In this document: one piece after another, positions 30,187 to 40,153 of the stretch | How the letters are laid out: each line of letters begins with the position of its first letter | Numbering within the stretch: the stretch's first letter is position 1 | Source: an uncultured Nitrososphaerota archaeon | GTDB taxonomy: Archaea > Thermoproteota > Nitrososphaeria > Nitrososphaerales > Gagatemarchaeaceae | Direction of reading: 5' to 3' | DNA: 64,000 bases | Assembly (NCBI GenBank): GCA_963718895.1 | Contig: CAVRAG010000008.1 | Span: forward strand, 192,001-256,000 | Translations under genes and position numbers: made by a program | The notes under the pieces: model-generated | Seen by the model: the letters and a program-made list of their open reading frames with translations, nothing else | Told to the model about the DNA's origin: nothing | Databases searched by the model: none

Positions 30187-32182
30187 TTGAGCAGGGTACT
30201 CTGGGAGCCTTCCGATGAGGTCGTCGAGAGGGCCAACATCACCGCCTACGCGCGGTGGCTGGAGAAAGAGGAGGGGGTGCGCGCACGACGGGTACCCCGA
30301 GCTCTGGTCGTGGTCGGTCCGAGGAGCTCGAGCGCTTTCAGGAGTAGGTCTGGAAGTATTTCGGGATGGAGTCGTCGCAGCCCTACTCGAATGTCCTCGA
30401 AAGCAGGACGATGCCCGGGGCGAAGTGGTTCACGGGGGCCGCGCTCAACTACGCCCAGCACATCTTCCGGGGCAGGGACGCGAAGACGGCGATCTCTGAC
30501 CAAGACCGAGCAGGGGGCGGTAGGCGCAGCGTCTCCTGGGGGGAGCTCGAGAGGAGGACGTCTGCGTTCGCAAGCTCGTTGAGGGAGCATGGGCGTCGGC
30601 AGCGGCGACCGGGTCGCGGCCTATCTCCCGAACGCACCGGAGGCAGTGATGGCTCTCCTCGCCTGCGCCAGCGTCGGGGCGGTCTGGTCGAGCTGCGCGC
30701 CGGACTTTGGGGCCCAGAGCGCCGTCGACCGGTTCAAGCAGATAGAGCCCAAGGTGCTGATCGCCGCCTACGGATACAGCTACAGGGGGAAGTGGAACTC
30801 AAAGGCCGAGACAGTGGAGCGGATCAGGGGAGCGATACCGAGCATAGAGAGGATGGTCATGGTCGGACCGGAGCCCTCGCCCGTCGAAGGGGCTGACCAC
30901 TGGGACGACCTGACGAGTTCGGGCGCGAGGCTCGGAGTTCGCGCAGGTTCCCTTCGACCACCCGCTCTGGATGCTCTACTCCTCGGGGACGACGGGCCTC
31001 CCGAAGCCCATCGTCCACGGCCACGGCGGGATTCTCCTGGAGCACTTCAAGACTCTGGCGCTCCACAACGACCTCAGGGCCGGCGACAGGATGTTCTGGT
31101 ACACCTCGACGGGATGGATGATGTGGAACTACCTCGTCGGCGCGCTGCTCCTCGACTCGACCATCGTCCTCTACGAGGGCGACCCCTTCTTCCCGGACGG
31201 GCACGCGCTCTGGGACCTCGCAGACGAGACTGGGTTGACCTTTCTCGGCGCCAGCGCGGCGTTCGTGGGCGCCTCGATGAGGGGTGGAATCGACCCTGCT
31301 TCCTCGCACTCCCTGGGTACGCTGAGGGGATTCGGCTCCACGGGGTCCGCGCTGACGGCCGAGGGTTTCGAATGGGTCTACTCACACGTGAAGGACGACG
31401 TCTGGCTGGCCTCGATCAGCGGGGGCACCGACCTCTGCACAGCCTTCGTCGGCGGATGCCCGATACTCCCGGTCCGCTCGGGGGAGATACAGTGCAGGAA
31501 CCTCGGAGCGGACATCGCGGCGTTCGATGAGCTTGGGCGCGAGGTAGTCGGAGAGATGGGAGAGCTGGTCATCAGGAAGCCGATGCCCTCGATGCCCCTC
31601 TACCTCTGGGGCGACGCGACCGGGGAGAGGTACAGGGAGAGCTACTTCAGCCTCTTCCCCGGCGTCTGGCGACACGGGGACTGGGTCACGATCTGCGAGG
31701 ACGGCGGCTGCGTGATCTACGGCAGGTCGGACGCGACCCTGAAGAGGATGGGCGTCAGGATGGGAACGAGCGAGGTATACCGCGTGGTCGAGTCGGTCCC
31801 CAGGGTCGCCGACAGCCTCGTCGTCGACATGGAGTTCCTTGGGGGGCGCTCGTACATGCCGCTCTTCGTGGTGCTTCGCGAGGGCGCTGTCCTCGACGAG
31901 TCGCTCGCAGCCCGATATCACCGGAAAGATCAGGAAGGAGCTCTCACCGAAGATGGTCCCCGACGACGATATTCGCGGTCGAGGACGTCCCGAGGACCCT
32001 GAACGGGAAGAAGGTCGAGGTCCCGGTCAAGAGGATTCTTCTGGGCTCGGACCCGGCGAAGGTCGTACAACCCCGGCTCACTGAGGAATCCCGAGTCCAT
32101 GGCGTTCTTCATTGAGTTCGCCAGGCGCCTGGGTCGTGACGAAACGCATATGGCCGAGAGGGCCGGTGGAGGCGCGGCTTGA
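30187..32182 (+). CDS. Acetoacetate--CoA ligase (several frameshifts)
   Basis: WFTGAALNYA, WSSCAPDFG, YSSGTTGLPKPIVH, SISGGTD, WRHGDW and GRSDATL motifs. Confidence 0.85.
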
Positions 32183-32700
32183 GCTCAAGGGTGTCGCACT
32201 ACCCAGGGGTCGAGATAACCCCCGAGGACGTCAGGAGCGGAAGGTACCTTCTGACAAAGTACGAGACCGAGCTGAAGTACTCCTGGAGCGCAGGCGTCGC
32301 GACGTCGCGGTTCCTCAGAGGGCTCAGGAGGAAGGAGAGCTCTGGGGGCGGGAATGCGACGGCTGCCGAAGGGTGCTGGTCCCGCCCAGGATGTACTGCG
32401 AGAGGTGCTACAGGCCCACGGACCGGTGGGTCAGGCTGAGGGACTCTGGGAAGGTCGTCACGTACTCGATCGCCTACGTGAACTCTGACGCGAGCAGGCG
32501 GAGCGAGCCGATCGTCGTCGCCGTGATCGAGATCGACGGGGCCTCCCCGCTGATGGGGATTCTGCACCTCCTGGGCGAGGTCGCGCCCGAGAAGGTCAGG
32601 ATAGGGATGCGGGTCGAAGCGGTCTGGAGGCCCGACGACGAGCGGTACGGCTCCATAACCGATATCAAGTACTTCAGGCCGGCGACTGAGGAGAGGCTAG
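32179..32700 (+). CDS. DUF35 Zn-ribbon/OB-fold protein 1 (frameshifted)
   Basis: YSWSAG, CDGC-x9-YCERC, GKVVTYS and IGMRVEAVW motifs; 3' end uncertain. Confidence 0.8.
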
Positions 32701-32703
32701 ACC

Positions 32704-33151
32704 ACGCCAATCGAGGAGAGGCTCGAGTCCGTCGCGGACGTGATGCAGTGGACCGACGGCATCCCCCTCCACTACGAGTACACGGCGGGGGTAGCCGGCG
32801 AGAGGTTCCTGCGCGGTCTCAAGGTCGGAAAGATCCTGAGCGGGATACTGCCCGAGCTGCAGGGAGTCGTCGCTCCCTGCAAGGATCTACTGCGTGAAGT
32901 GCTACGGCAAGATAACAAGATACGTCAAAGTCGGTCCCGTAGGCAGGGTGGCGGCAATCTCCAGTGCGGGGGACGACGAGGCGGGAGAGCAGACGTTCGC
33001 CTACATCACGTTCACCGGCGTCCGCGGAGGGATGATCCACCGTATCCTCGGCAAAGCGCGGGCGGGGAGCGAGGTGGTGCCCCGGTTCAGGCCCAGAAGC
33101 GAGAGGAAGGGCTCGGTCCTCGACATTCAGGGCTTCGAGTCCAAGAGATGA
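32704..33151 (+). CDS. DUF35 Zn-ribbon/OB-fold protein 2 (frameshifted; apparent ACG start)
   Basis: YEYTAGVAGERFLRGL, CxxC...YCVKC and RKGSVLDI motifs. Confidence 0.78.
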
Positions 33152-33729
33152 GGACGGCCCGAGGCGACCCCCATCTGCCTCCTGAGGACCGAACGGATCG
33201 CGCCGTAGAGGAGTGGCGCAACGACGGCGAAGAAGACGAAGTCGCTGACCTCGTGGGCGACCATGAAGGGGGCACCGGGCACAAGGAGGAATAGAGCCTG
33301 CGGGGGCGACAAGCCTGCGAGCAGCCCCGGCACCACATTAGTGATCAGGTCATAGACGAACGCGCCTATCAGACCAAGCGAACCCCACAGCAGGCTCCTA
33401 GCCGGGAGCGCGGTCCTGTCATCGCAGAGGGTCCTCCTCACCAGGAAGCCCAGGACGGCGTAGACGGTCTCGGATCCGACGAGCACGATCAGGAGGAGCC
33501 CTCCGTCCGGACCGAGCGGGTTGATCTCGCCGTAGACGAGCCAAGTCAGCGCGCCGACCGAGACGCCGACCTCGAGCCCGAAGGCGAGTGCAGAGACGAA
33601 GACGATCGAATCCATCATCTTCACGTTCGCCAGGGGGAGCATCGCGTAGTCGGTCACGACGGCCAGGGCCGTGAACATCGAGATTGCGGCGACCTTCCTG
33701 CTGCCGGCCACGCGAAGAGCGTCCATCAC
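33127..33729 (-). CDS. ECF S-component-like membrane protein
   Basis: RKVAAISMFTALAV, ANVK and GAPFMVAHEVS motifs. Confidence 0.65.
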   Translation of the reverse strand: MMDALRVAGSRKVAAISMFTALAVVTDYAMLPLANVKMMDSIVFVSALAFGLEVGVSVGALTWLVYGEINPLGPDGGLLLIVLVGSETVYAVLGFLVRRTLCDDRTALPARSLLWGSLGLIGAFVYDLITNVVPGLLAGLSPPQALFLLVPGAPFMVAHEVSDFVFFAVVAPLLYGAIRSVLRRQMGVASGRPHLLDSKP

Positions 33730-33827
33730 CTGGATGGTTCATCCAGCCATCTAATAAGTAGTCGTCGAATGACGGTGAGAAACGGCGGCGTTATTAGTGG
33801 GTGGGGGGCGGGGCCCATTCGTAGACC

Positions 33828-35010
33828 ATGGCAAAACCGGTTATCCTCTCTGCCTGCAGGACACCCATAGGGAAGTTCGGTAAGAGCCTAGTGCGGGTCT
33901 CGGCCGCCAGGCTCGGCGAGACCGTCGTCAGGGAGGCCATCAAGCGCAGCAGCCTGAAGGGCGGAGACGTCGAGGAGGTCATCCTGGGGAACGTCATCTC
34001 GGCTGGACTGGGACAGAACCTCGCGAGACAGGCCGCGATATACGCAGGCGTGCCCGTGACCGTGGGCTCGTTCACACTCAACAAGGTCTGCGGCTCCGGT
34101 CTGAAGGCGGTCATGCTGGCTTCTCAGGCGATCAAGGCGGGGGACGCGGAGGATCCTCGTCGCCGCAGGCTCGGAGAGCATGAGCAACGCGCCATACCTG
34201 GTCAGGGACATGCGCTGGGGGACGAAGTACGGCGACACGCGCCTCGTCGATTCGATGATAAGCGACGGGCTCTGGGACGTCTACAACGACTACCACATGG
34301 GCATGACGGGGGAGAGGATAGCCGAGAAGTTCCACGTCTCCAGGGAGGAGGCGGACCAGTTCGCCTGCGCCAGTCAGATTAAGGCAGCGACCGCCCAGAA
34401 GGAGGGAAGTTTCAAGGACGAGATGGTGGGCGTCCAGGTCGTGGGAGAGTCCGGGCAGTCGGTGGTCTTCGACCAGGACGAGTGCATCCGCGGAGACACG
34501 ACGGTCGAGCGGCTGGCGAAGCTGAAACCGGCTTTCAAACCGGGCGGCGTCTGTACCGCTGGGAACTCATCGCAGCTCAGCGACGGCGCCTCGGCGCTCG
34601 TGGTCGCCTCCGACGAGAGGGCGGAGAGTCTGGGGGTGACGCCGCTCGCCCGTGTAATCGGATACCACACAGGGGGCACCGAGCCGGCCGACATCATGGA
34701 AGCGCCGATCCCCACCGTCAGGGCGCTGTTCCTGAAGACGGGGCTGGGCGTGGACGACATTGACCTATTCGAGCACAACGAAGCATACTCCACGGCATCC
34801 ATAGTCGTCAGGGACGAGCTGGGCATCCCCGAGGAGAGGTTCAACGTTAACGGGGGGTCCGTCGCCCTCGGCCATCCCATCGGGGCGAGCGGCGCGAGGG
34901 TCCTGACGACTCTTATCTACGCTCTCAAGAAGAGGGGGAAGAAGACGGGGCTGGCGACCCTCTGCCTCGGCGGCGGAAACGCCGTGGCGATGATCATCCG
35001 GGTGGACTAG
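33828..35010 (+). CDS. Acetyl-CoA C-acetyltransferase (classical thiolase; one frameshift near 34150)
   Basis: NKVCGSG, HNEAY, GHPIGASG and CLGGG motifs. Confidence 0.93.
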
Positions 35011-36697
35011 CCGTATCCTTCTGCCAGTCGCTCCTGTCGCGAAGCTTCCTGCGCAGCACCTTGCCGACGAGCGTCTTCGGCAGCTCGTCGACGAAGGCCA
35101 CCGAGCGCGGTGCCTTGTAGCTCGAGATTCGCTCCCGGCAGAAGCCGATGATCTCCTTCTCCGAGACCTTTCCCTTGGTCTCCGGCCTCAGCACGACGAA
35201 GGCCTTGACCGACTCTCCCCTGTAATCGTCGGGCACTCCCACGACGGCGGCCTCTCTCACGGCAGGGTGGGTGAAGAGCACCTCCTCCACCTCGCGGGGC
35301 CACACCTTGAGACCGGCCACGTCGATCATGTCCTTCTTCCTGTCAACTATGAAGAAGAACCCCTGCTCATCCATCCTCGCGATGTCCCCCGTGAGCAGCC
35401 AGCCGTCCTTCATCACGAAATCTGTCTCGTCCCTCCTGTTCCAGTAGCCGAGCATGACCTGGGGGCCCCTGACCGCGAGCTCCCCCTCCTCGCCCACGCC
35501 AAGGAACTTCGACGGGTCTTCCATCGACACGATCGCGGCGTCCGTGTCCGAGACCGGGATTCCGATCGAACCGTCTTTCACGATCGCTCCTGCCCCGACC
35601 GGATTGACATGGGTGACCGGGCTCGCCTCGGAGAGCCCGTACCCCTCGACCAGTGCACTCCCTGTGAGCTCAATGAAGCGCTTCCTGACGGCCACGGGGA
35701 GCGGAGCACCGCCGGAGATGCACGACCTCACCGAGCGGAGGTTGAACTGCGAGACCTTGGGATGGTTGATGACCGCGATGTACATCGTGGGGACCCCGCA
35801 GAAGCTCGTAACCTTCTCCTTCTCGATCGTTGCCATCACCTGTTCGACCTCGAACCTTGGCACGACCACCACGGAGCACCCCACGCTGAACGGTGCGTTC
35901 ATGGCAGTGGTCATCCCATAGATGTGGAAGAACGGAAGGGCAGCGAGCGCGATGTCGCTCTCCACCAGAGGCAGGACCGCTGCGGTCTGGAAGGCGTTGA
36001 GGTAGAGGTTGGCGTGAGAGAGCATGGCTCCCTTCGACACCCCGGTCGTGCCGCCGGTGTACTGGAGAACGGCGACGTCCCTGGCGGGATCGACGGCGAC
36101 CGACTGCCTAAGCGGCGGGCTTTGGCCGATGAGGTCTGTGAACGTCACTGTCCCACGCCTCTTGACGTTCTTCACGCCCCTTAGGCCGGCGAACGGCCTC
36201 TTGAGACCCGGAAGGAAGTCGGTCACGCTCGCGGCTATCACGGCCTTGAGCTGGAGGCGGTCCCTGCACTTCTCCAAGCTGGCGAAGAGGTCGTTGTCGC
36301 CCACGACGTCGTTCGCCGCGACGATGAGCGCGGAGCCCGAGTCGCGGAGCTGGTACTCTAGCTCCTTCTCCTTGTAGAGCGGACTGCACGGGACCACTAT
36401 GCCTCCGGCCTTCAGCGTCCCGAAGTAGCAGACGACGAACTGGGGAATATTCGGCAGGAGCAGGGCCACGCGGTCCCCCCTCTGGAAGCCAAGCGAGGAC
36501 AGACCCGACGCGAACCGCGATGCGAGCTCATCGACCTGGCCGTAGGTAAGGGAGCGCCCCTGGTACATGAGACAGATCTTCCGAGGAGTGCGGGCTGCGG
36601 TGTTCTCGAGCAGCTTGTAGAGTGGCTGCGCCTCGACACCTACTTGGCGGGGGAGGTCCTTCGGCCAGGATCCGAACCAGGGCCGCGAGACTTGCAT
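34994..36697 (-). CDS. fadD: Long-chain fatty acid--CoA ligase
   Basis: YTGGTTGVSKG, EGYGLSE, TGDIA and LPKTLVGK motifs. Confidence 0.9.
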   Translation of the reverse strand: MQVSRPWFGSWPKDLPRQVGVEAQPLYKLLENTAARTPRKICLMYQGRSLTYGQVDELASRFASGLSSLGFQRGDRVALLLPNIPQFVVCYFGTLKAGGIVVPCSPLYKEKELEYQLRDSGSALIVAANDVVGDNDLFASLEKCRDRLQLKAVIAASVTDFLPGLKRPFAGLRGVKNVKRRGTVTFTDLIGQSPPLRQSVAVDPARDVAVLQYTGGTTGVSKGAMLSHANLYLNAFQTAAVLPLVESDIALAALPFFHIYGMTTAMNAPFSVGCSVVVVPRFEVEQVMATIEKEKVTSFCGVPTMYIAVINHPKVSQFNLRSVRSCISGGAPLPVAVRKRFIELTGSALVEGYGLSEASPVTHVNPVGAGAIVKDGSIGIPVSDTDAAIVSMEDPSKFLGVGEEGELAVRGPQVMLGYWNRRDETDFVMKDGWLLTGDIARMDEQGFFFIVDRKKDMIDVAGLKVWPREVEEVLFTHPAVREAAVVGVPDDYRGESVKAFVVLRPETKGKVSEKEIIGFCRERISSYKAPRSVAFVDELPKTLVGKVLRRKLRDRSDWQKDTASPPG

Positions 36698-36817
36698 TTG
36701 CCTTTTACGGTCGGGAGGCGAACCCTCTTATGTGTGTTGCTCGGAGTCCTTTTTGTCGAAGTCGTGCGGGCTGCGGAGTAGCGCTTAAGTATGGAGTCAG
36801 GGCAAACCGCGAATCAG

Positions 36818-37958
36818 ATGTCGGCTCAGGGGGACAGGCTTCTCATACTCGCGGTCGACAGAGATGGAGACCTAGAGAGCAAGACGAGGGTCCGGTCCCC
36901 GGTCTTCGGTAGGGAGGGCGTGCTCAGCGCGGCGACCCAGCTAGCGATCTCTGACCCCGAGGAAGCCGACGCCAACTCGTTCTTCGCTGCGATAAAGGAA
37001 TACGACAGGCTCCAATCGATGAGCGAAGGTTGCGAGATAGCGGTCGTCTGCGGGATAGCCGACAGCGGCGTCGACGCCGACAGGAAGATAAAGCGCGAGA
37101 TAGAGAACATCCTCAGCAAATCCCAGTTCTCGGCGATAGTACTGGTCACCGACGGGGCGGAGGACGAGCAGATACTCCCGATACTCCAGTCGATGAAGCC
37201 GGTCGCGTCCGTCGTCCGGATAGTCGTCAAGCACAGCCGGACGGTCGAGGAGACCTACATGGTCCTCGGGAGATATCTCAGGATGCTGGTCTTCGATCAG
37301 CGCTACTCGAAGTGGGTGATCGGAGTTCCGGGGGTCATCTTCCTCTTTGCGGGAGTGCTCGTGCTCTTCGGCCGCGCCTACGAGGCTGGGATCGCCATCC
37401 TGCTGATCCTGGGTTCCGCTTTCTTCGTCAGGGGTTTCGGCGTGGACAGGTCGGTCGCGTCCATGCTGAGCCAGCGTCCATACGGTTACCTCAGAATCTT
37501 CTCCGCCGTGGCGAGCCTGCTGATATTCCTCGTTGGGCTTTCGAGCGGCTTCACCAACCTCCAGACGGCCATACCCGACATCATGCTGAAGGTCAATGCG
37601 AACCCCGGCCTCTTCCTCACCTACGGGTCCGAGATCGATCGGGACCTATCTTGAGGGCGCCCTGCCCCTGGTCTGGGCCGCCCTCGCCATCTACCTCATC
37701 GGTGCGCTGCTCGCACACCTTGCCAGGGGGAGCAGGAGGGTCTGGAGGGACGCGGTCCTGATTGTCCTCCTCGGCCTCCTGTATCTGCCGACGGACCAGT
37801 TCGCGGTCTACCTCACAGCGCCGACCGCGGAGAACAGCTCGGTCCTTCTCGTGTCCTACGTGCTGGTGGGACTCGCGGTCACCTTCGCCGTCGTCACGGC
37901 GCTCTATGGACGGATACGCAGCCGGAACCCCTTGTCAAGTAGTGACGCAAGTGCTTGA
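36818..37958 (+). CDS. DUF373 family membrane protein (frameshift near 37635)
   Basis: LILAVDRDGD, DPEEADAN and VTDGAEDE motifs; located upstream of uppS. Confidence 0.82.
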
Positions 37959-38733
37959 CTCTTTACTCCGGGCCACGGGAGCCTACAGGTTCTACGAGAA
38001 CAGGCTGAGCTGGCAGGTCGAGGACGGACCCATTCCGAGTCACATCGGGATCATCCTCGACGGAAACAGGAGGTGGGCCCAGGACCGGAGGTATGCAGTG
38101 GACGTGGGCCATGCCCAGGGCGCCGACGTCGTCGAGAAGCTCCTCGACTGGTGCCACGACCTCGGGATCAAGTCGATAACGCTCTACGTCCTCTCGACGG
38201 AGAACCTGCACAGGACCGTCGAGGAGGTTCAGGAGCTCTTCAGGCTCATCGAGCAGAGGCTGACCAACCTCCTCGAGGACGACCGGATCTACAGCTACCG
38301 GGTCAGGGTGAAGGGGATAGGGAAGTTCGACCTGCTCCCGCAGTCCCTGCTCAGCATCCTACGCGAGGTTGAGGAGAAGACGGCGGCGTACGACGGCCAC
38401 TTCCTCAACATAGCGATAGCCTACGGAGGCAGGGCCGAGATCACGGACGTCGTGAAGTCGATCGCAGAGGACGTGAAGAACGGGACCCTTGCCCCCGAGG
38501 CCATCAGCGAAGAGACTATAGCGGGGAGGCTGTACACCTCACACCTCCCCAACCCCGAACCCGAGCTGATCATAAGGACCTCGGGCGAGGAGAGGATGAG
38601 CGGCTTCCTTCTGTGGCAGGGCGCCTACAGCGAGCTGATCTTCATGGACGTCTATTGGCCCGCGTTTAGAAAAATTGATTTGTTGCGCGCAATACGTACG
38701 TACCAAAAGCGGAAACGAAGGCTAGGTAGATAA
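37942..38733 (+). CDS. uppS: Polyprenyl diphosphate synthase (cis-prenyltransferase) with a recoded 3' end
   Basis: HIGIILDGNRRWA, STEN, YGGRAEI and RTSGEERMSGFLLWQ motifs; codon usage changes abruptly after about 38653. Confidence 0.95.
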   Translation: MTQVLDSLLRATGAYRFYENRLSWQVEDGPIPSHIGIILDGNRRWAQDRRYAVDVGHAQGADVVEKLLDWCHDLGIKSITLYVLSTENLHRTVEEVQELFRLIEQRLTNLLEDDRIYSYRVRVKGIGKFDLLPQSLLSILREVEEKTAAYDGHFLNIAIAYGGRAEITDVVKSIAEDVKNGTLAPEAISEETIAGRLYTSHLPNPEPELIIRTSGEERMSGFLLWQGAYSELIFMDVYWPAFRKIDLLRAIRTYQKRKRRLGR

Positions 38734-39145
38734 TCAACGCCTGAACAACCTCTGATGTACTCGTCAACTATCCCCCTGTTAACAGGGGGGCCATTCGAGA
38801 TGACAAAATCAGACTCGGCGCCTCTTATCCCGGGCATGAATCCTCTCATCAATCGAAGATAGCCGATGACAGGTTGCCCTCCCTAACTACGAGCCAGGAG
38901 CCCCGAGGTGTTCGCATTGGTTTTTCCAACAGGATAACTCCAGCCAGCTTGATCATGCCTTCATCATACATTTCTATTCTCAGTCGGGGGTACCAATGAT
39001 TGCCCGGTCCCAGTAACGGATGCTCGCGGCCACCAGAAAGATAGACACGCCCTCTGTTGTAACCTATGGTCCCCTCTCCAGCGACAAGTGCGCCAATCCA
39101 AGCGCGTTCCCATTGAGAAAGGTCCTTCACTGCTCGCTTGGCCAA
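38652..39145 (-). mobile_element. Free-standing single-motif LAGLIDADG homing endonuclease (HE1; 1-nt frameshift near 38872)
   Basis: ERAWIGALVAGEGTI motif and YPRLRIEMYD strand; the frame-corrected continuation YLRLMRGFMPGIRGAESDFVI fits the C-terminal helices; lower GC than flanks. Confidence 0.75.
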
Positions 39146-39194
39146 AGCTTCTATCTCAAGAGATTTCCATTCCTAGGTCTTATGAACACCCACG

Positions 39195-39289
39195 TTCATT
39201 GGATCTCTACTCGAGCCTCTTTCCGCAAGATAGATCTCCTCCGCGCCCTAAGGACCTACCAGAAGAGGAAGCGCAGGATGGGAAGGTGG
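39195..39289 (+). pseudogene. Displaced, decaying second copy of the uppS 3' end (probably the original)
   Basis: Encodes FRKIDLLRALRTYQKRKRRMGR with GC-rich codons; degenerate FMDxYWP-like sequence upstream; TGG where the stop is expected. Confidence 0.85.
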
Positions 39290-39295
39290 CGCGGC

Positions 39296-40046
39296 CTAGA
39301 TCAGGTTCACGAGGAAGCCCACCAGGAAGCCGAGGAAGATGCCGATGTAAGTTACTCTCTGCATGGCGTGGTCCGAGTCCCTGAACATGGACTTGAACAT
39401 GGGAAGTATGGCGTAGAGAATCGCTCCTATCGCCAGTCCGTCGAAGAGCACCGTGAACGCGCCCGAGCTATAGAAGTACCCGACGGCGCCGCCGAGGATC
39501 GTCGGCACGCCGCCGACCAAGAAGAAGGTTGCCATCTCCCAACCGTTCCTGTCCGACCGGCCGAGGAAGGGCGACGCGATCGGAAACCCCTCCGTGATGT
39601 TCTGCATCACGAAACCCACGAGCACCACCAGCGCCGCGCCCGAGAACCCGATGCTCACCGCCAGCGCGCCGAAGACTAGACCCTCTGTGAGGTTCTGGAA
39701 TCCTATTCCCGATGCGATGATAAGGGAGGTCTGAGAGGGACCAAGACCGGTCTTCTTCCTGTGCTCGCTGTAGTAGAGTCCCAGGAATCCAATCCCCAGG
39801 GCCGCGGTGAAGATGCCGTCGTAGTAGGGTGAGGACCCGAGCCCATAGAGGGAGCCGTTGTACATTATGGTCGCCGCATTCCCCCAGACGTCCCCTAGGA
39901 GGAAGATCGAGTATCCCAATCGCGACAGCGAGCAGCGCCTTGTTGGCCATGTCGCTAGTGCGCTTGCGGAGGACTATCGGGAGCGAGATGAGGATCGAGA
40001 GGCCCATCACCGCCGAGAGCAGGATGGTCTCGAGGAAGCTCACCAT
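39296..40046 (-). CDS. ZIP family metal transporter (frameshift near 39912)
   Basis: GIGFQNLTEG and MQNITEG TM4/TM5 motifs. Confidence 0.85.
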
Positions 40047-40057
40047 AAGCCATGCCC

Positions 40058-40113
40058 ATAACATATGTTATATTTAATATGAACGATGTTAACGATAACA
40101 ACTAACAGTGTTA
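40058..40113. promoter_or_regulatory. Two TAACA/TGTTA palindromes in a divergent promoter
   Basis: ATAACATATGTTAT (perfect, 40058-40071) and TAACA-G-TGTTA (40103-40113). Confidence 0.65.
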
Positions 40114-40153
40114 TTAACAGGGGACACGGATTGATTGCGGGGAAGCTGGCGTA

